Of a stretch of 64,000 bases of DNA, positions 59,521-64,000 are shown one piece after another. The notes beneath the pieces were generated by a model, which was given only the letters and a program-made list of their open reading frames with translations, searched no databases and was not told the origin of the DNA. Location of the stretch: the NCBI RefSeq assembly GCF_004010195.1, contig NC_057734.1:21357261-21421260 (forward strand). Reading direction: 5' to 3'. This DNA comes from Chiloscyllium plagiosum (lineage: Eukaryota). The first letter of the stretch is position 1; each line of letters opens with the position of its first letter. A program made the translations under genes and the position numbers.

Positions 59521-60049
59521 GCGGGATGGGCTGGGGGGGATGCGGGTGAAACAGAAAGGTTTGAAGGTTGGGCTGGAAGCAAGAAGTGTAAGCTCACACC
59601 ACCTGCAACTTATAAATGAGAATAGAGTGTGAATGAGAGGCAAATTGAGATGTGGTGGAAGGATTAAATGTAAAGATGCCATCATCTTCAACAGTTTCAG
59701 CCCTGCCAAGGGCACATTTTCAGCAATGGCTGTTTCAGCAACATCCAAAGCCATCTCTTCCATAAGATTTAGAAGGGATGATTGTTTTCTTCAATTTCCT
59801 CCAGTTATAAAATAGGTGAAGCAAGTGAGCGATGTGAGAACTGTTTGGTTGATGTGATTGAATTAGTGGCAATGCATGCACTCTCAGAGATGAGGGTGTA
59901 AGGCTTGCATCTGTGCAAAATGAAAGATGGTCCAGTAAGATGTATGAATGGTAGGCATAAAATCCTATTGATGGGATTATTTGTAGATGAGTAATGGGAT
60001 CTTGATAAATTGACAATGTTTCAAAACTAATAGTACAGTTGGTAGATCA

Positions 60050-60172
60050 TGGAGGAGAAAGTGGGGACTTCAGATGCTGGAGAGTCAGAGTCAAAAAGTG
60101 GCACTGAAAAAGCAGGCCAGGCAGCATCCGAGGAGCAGGAGAGTTGACGTTTTGGGAATAAGCCCTTCCTCG
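60050..60172 (-). mobile_element. Penelope-derived short repeat (truncated hammerhead end)
   Basis: ggagaaagtggggacttcagatgctgg...gcaggagagttgacgttttgggaataagccctt, same family as 54432 and 62657. Confidence 0.75.
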
Positions 60173-60184
60173 GAGATCACGGCA

Positions 60185-60440
60185 ATTTAAGGTGCATTCT
60201 CTTGACTATTCATATGAAGACACTGAATTTCTTCTGGGACTGTGTCCAGATCCTTGGGCCTTGATTCCTGGTAATGGCCTCCATAGATATCTGCTCCTGT
60301 TACCCTTTGTGTATCAGGAAACTCTCCTTTTCCCTTGATGGTACAGAGCACCACCTTCTCGCTTTCATCCACTCCATCAAAACCTTTAATGTAAAGTCCA
60401 AAAACTTCAGAGCCCACTCTTTCCCTCGTTGTGCCATCTT
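60185..60440 (-). pseudogene. Frameshifted Myb/SANT-like DNA-binding protein remnant (PIF/Harbinger second ORF type)
   Basis: Joining frames gives MAQRGKEWALKFLDFTLKVLMEWMKARR-VL..-EQISMEAITRNQGPRTWTQSQKKF, the R..F..LEVL..V..R..L / W..I..V / RTW.QC.KKF pattern of MSANTD/NAIF1-like Myb domains. Confidence 0.6.
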
Positions 60441-60767
60441 ATGCTCCTTCTGATGACTTGCAGCATCTGCTCCAGCCACAATATACCTCCCCTTTAAGAA
60501 ATGCAAGCTAACCTTCAGAAGTGCAGTCTGATTTCAATTGGCATTTACTACATGTAACACTGAGTTCCTGCCTAGGCATTGTTGGTGTGAGATCACTCAA
60601 ATGAATAGGCAGTAGGTTGGGTGTGGATTAATCATACATCTCCCATTTTTGGGGGCTATCCAAAATAAATTCCTTATAATCAAACAACAGTGGGAATGTG
60701 ATTCAGACAAAGTAAAATCTTCTCAAGGAAAACAGGCAATGAAGGATCAGACCAAGTCCCTAACCTA

Positions 60768-61150
60768 TGGGTGGCACAGTAGCTCAGTGGTTAGCACTGC
60801 TACTTCACAGCACCAGGGAGCTGGGTTCGATTCCATTTTCAGGTGACTGTCTATGTGAAGTTTGCATGTTCTCCCTATGTTTGTGTGTGTGTTTCCTTCA
60901 GGTACTCTGGTTTCCTCCAGGTACTCTGGTTTCCTCCTACCATCTTAAGATGTGTAGGTTATGTGGATTGGCCATGCTAAATTGCCCTGTAGTGTCATAA
61001 GGGTGTGGAGGCTAGGTAGATTACCCATGGGAAATGAGGGTTACAAGGATAGGGTAAGGGGGTGGATTTGGGTAGGATACTGTTCGACGGGTCGGTGTGG
61101 ACTTGATGTACCGAATGGCCCGCTTCCACAACGTAGGGATTCTGTAATTC
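60768..61150 (+). mobile_element. HE1-type SINE with a short internal duplication
   Basis: Head ggtggcacagtagctcagtggttagcactgc; caggtactctggtttcctcc repeated; gtagggattct tail. Confidence 0.88.
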
Positions 61151-62656
61151 TAAAACAATTCAGTCAGTTTGATTTATTGAAGTTGACTGATTCTGAGAGA
61201 GATTCACTTTGAAATTCCAGCACCTGTGACAACAGGTAAGAGAGAAAGAGTGTTATTTGTAGAATGGATCATTTCAGATTAATAGGCTAAGTACTTTGCC
61301 ATGAGGACAGGAAACAAAAGAAAATGTCGAAGAAAATGTATTTAAATGGAAACATTGAACCTGACAAACGGCTTGATCAATTGACTTTAAAATAAAACAG
61401 GAGAAACCATTTTGCAGAGGTTCATGATAACTCAGTATATTAAGTTCATTGTAAGTTTTGCAATGTATTAAATTGGTGACCTGGGTTCAAATCCCGCCAT
61501 GTCAGATGGTAGAATTTGAACTCAATGAAAAAAAATCTAGAATTAGGAGTCTACTGATGACCATGAAACCATTGTCAATTGTTGGAAAAACCCATCTGGT
61601 TCACTAATGTCCTTTAGGGAAGGAAATCTGCCATGTTCACCTAGTCTGGTCTACATGTGATTCCAGAGCCACAATAATGTGGTTGACTCTCAACTGCCCT
61701 CTGAAATGGCCTAGCAAGCCACTCAGTTGTATCAATCGCTAGAAAGTTATAACAAAAAAATGAAACTGCAGCTGAACTGAACTCCAACACAATCTGTAAC
61801 TTCATGGCCTAGCATACCCCCCACTCAACCATTACCATCAAGCCAGCGGATCAACCCAGGTTCAATGGAGAGTGTAGGTGGACATGCCAGGAGCACCATC
61901 AGGAATAGCTAAAAATGAGGTGTGAACCTGGTGAAACTACCAAACAGGACTACTTGTGTGCCAAATGGCATAAATGGCAAGTGATGGGCAGAGCTAAGCA
62001 ATCCCATAATCAGTGGATCAGATCTAAGCTCTGCAGTCCTTCCACATCCAGTTGTGAATGGTGGTTAACAATTAAACAACTCACTGGAAGAGGAGGAGGC
62101 TCCACATATATCCCCATCCTCAATGATGGAGGAGCCCAGCAAATGAGTGCAAAAGGCTGATGCATTCGCAACAACCTTCAATCAGAAGTACCGAGTGGAT
62201 GATCCATCGGGCTCCTTCAGTTGTCCTCAGTATCACAAATACCAGTCTCAGCAAATTCGATTCACTCCATGTAATATCAAGAAATGGCTGGAGGCACTGG
62301 ATACTAAAAAGACAATGGGCTCGGATAACATTCCAGCAATAGTACTGAAGATGTGTGCTCCAGAACCTGCTGCTCCCTTAGCTAAGCTACAAGTGCAAGT
62401 AACATTCGTGCCACACAAATGCCTGACAATGACCATCATCAATAAGAGACACTCTAACCACCATACTTGACATTCAGTGGCATTACCATCATTGAATTCC
62501 CCCACTGTCAACATCCTTGGGGTTACCATTGACCAGAAGCTCAATGGACTCACCACATCAACACAGTGGCTACAAGAACAGGTCAGAGACTAGAGATAAC
62601 GCAGCAAGTTAAATCCACCACCTACAAGGCACAAGTCAGGAGTATGATGGAATACT

Positions 62657-62808
62657 AGGCAAACGTGAGGACTGCAGATGCTGGAAACCAGAATTTAGAT
62701 CAGAGTGGTGCTGGAAAAGCACAGCAGGTCAGGCAGCATCCTAGAGCAGGAAAATCGACGTTTCGGACAAAAGCCCTTCATCAGGAATAGAGGCAGGAAG
62801 CCTCCAGA
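62657..62808 (-). mobile_element. Penelope-derived short repeat inserted in the LINE with a 7-bp TSD
   Basis: gaatact at 62650-62656 and 62809-62815; the LINE reads through when the insert is removed. Confidence 0.8.
62757..62784 (-). ncRNA. Minimal type I hammerhead ribozyme core
   Basis: Minus strand CUGAUGA-A-GGGC(UUUU)GUCC-GAAA-C-GUC; stem II kept through a G-U pair. Confidence 0.7.
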
Positions 62809-64000
62809 GAATACTCCCCACTTGCCTGGATGGGGCAGCTCCAACAACACTCAAGAAGCTTGGCACCACCCAGGACAAAGCAACCCACTTGATTGGCACC
62901 ACATCTACAAACATTAAAACCCTCCGTCACGGGCGCTCAGGAGCAGCAGTGTGTACTGTCTACAAGATGCACTGCAGAAATTCACCAAAGATCCTTAGAC
63001 AGCATCTTCTAAACCCACAACCACTTCCATCGAGAAGGAAAAGGACAGCAAGTACTTGGGAACACTACCACTTGCAAGTTCCCCTCCAAGCCACTGACCA
63101 CCCTGACTTGGAAATGTACTGCTGTTCCTTCATAGTCGTTCAGTCGAAATCCTGGAATTTCCTCCCTACTGGCATTGTGGGTCAACCCACAGCAAGTGGA
63201 CCGCAGCGATTCAGCAAGTGGACTGCAATGATTCAAGAAGGCAGCTCACCATCACCTTCTCAAGGGCAAATAGGGACGGGCTATCAATGCTGGCCAGCTG
63301 GCGATGCCCAAGAACACAAATGAATAAAAAAAAGTAATGAGAATGGAGAAGATTTTTTAAAAATCTTAAATTCAGTTTTTGGGAACTTGTACCTCAAGCA
63401 AATGCTGTCTTTGCTGGACTAGGATTTTCAAAACTTATTGAATGAATTCAATCAGTATTGTTATTGGTAAGTCCAATCTTTCCATAGAATGTGTTGATTG
63501 AATGTGATGCAAAGCTCACTCTCTCACAATTACTCTAGAATCTAAATTTTGATGTTGAACCCATATTGTCTGAAGAATATCATTAATTTGTAATTATCAT
63601 CAGAGACAGAGGACATGAATTTTCAGATGAGAGGGTTTCTGCTGACACCCAAAGAGTTGTTGGCGATGTAGCCCCATAACAATTTAATGTTCTTTGACCA
63701 GAGAGGGCACTTCTGCCCCTAACTCAGTTGTGAGTCCCACCTCAGGGAGCTGCTGGCCAATCTAACTCACTGGCAGCAGAGGCTAGGGCTGCAATTGCAA
63801 ACGGTATCCAGATTCCAAGTCCCTGAGTCCAGGATGAGTTAAGCACGGGAAGTCTCTTGATGGGGAGCAGAGGGCTGAGGAAGGGTGTAGAAGGAGCTGG
63901 GTACTTGACAGAGAAGGCAGTGGCAAATGTAGCACCTGCAGAGGGCAGACCTTGTGGATGAAGGTTTGGTGCAGCAGCTGTTGGAAAGAACTTCTGAGAG

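Larger units (their letters stand above)
61475..63333 (+). mobile_element. SINE-family-B body fused to non-LTR RT remnants and a poly(A)-ending tail
   Basis: 61475-61740 matches SINE 42869; then RT-like LEALDTKKTMGSDNIPAIVLKMCAPE.AAPLAKL, NILGVTIDQKL; ends aatgctggccag..tgaataaaaaaaa. Confidence 0.78.

Noticed and set aside
59110-59619. 169-aa ORF as a novel gene
   Set aside because: CR1 ORF2 C-terminus reading into a GT microsatellite.

Overview
Vertebrate genomic DNA from a cartilaginous fish, most likely a shark (inferred from HE1/V-SINEs, CR1/HER1 LINEs and a DeuSINE fragment), with two assembly gaps (12600-13315, 29036-29535). It holds the GAS2L1-EWSR1-RHBDD3-EMID1 block known from human chr22q12. 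Read directly: the first coding exon of GAS2L1 (minus); EWSR1 exons 6-17 (minus, all splice phases consistent, ending in the PY-NLS RRERPY*); the last four coding exons of RHBDD3 (plus); and the last coding exon of EMID1 (minus). EWSR1 exons 1-5, the RHBDD3 start and their shared promoter are not visible and probably lie in the 500-N gap. Most notable signals: (1) EWSR1 introns 8/9 hold a dense candidate RNA-regulatory module: an alternative exon matching the human short-isoform tail but with a broken frame, a juxtaposed CAG|GTAAGT recursive-type site, short hairpins, a frameshifting 35-nt exon and a repeated GCAUUAAAAUGGGUUU motif. (2) A U12-type minor intron in RHBDD3. (3) RHBDD3 keeps a His and has Thr at the rhomboid catalytic positions. 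(4) Penelope-derived repeats carry minimal hammerhead ribozyme cores, including a tandem trimer. (5) A 10-bp triloop hairpin in the EWSR1 3'UTR. Comparisons with human sequences are from memory and need checking by alignment. Repeat boundaries are approximate.
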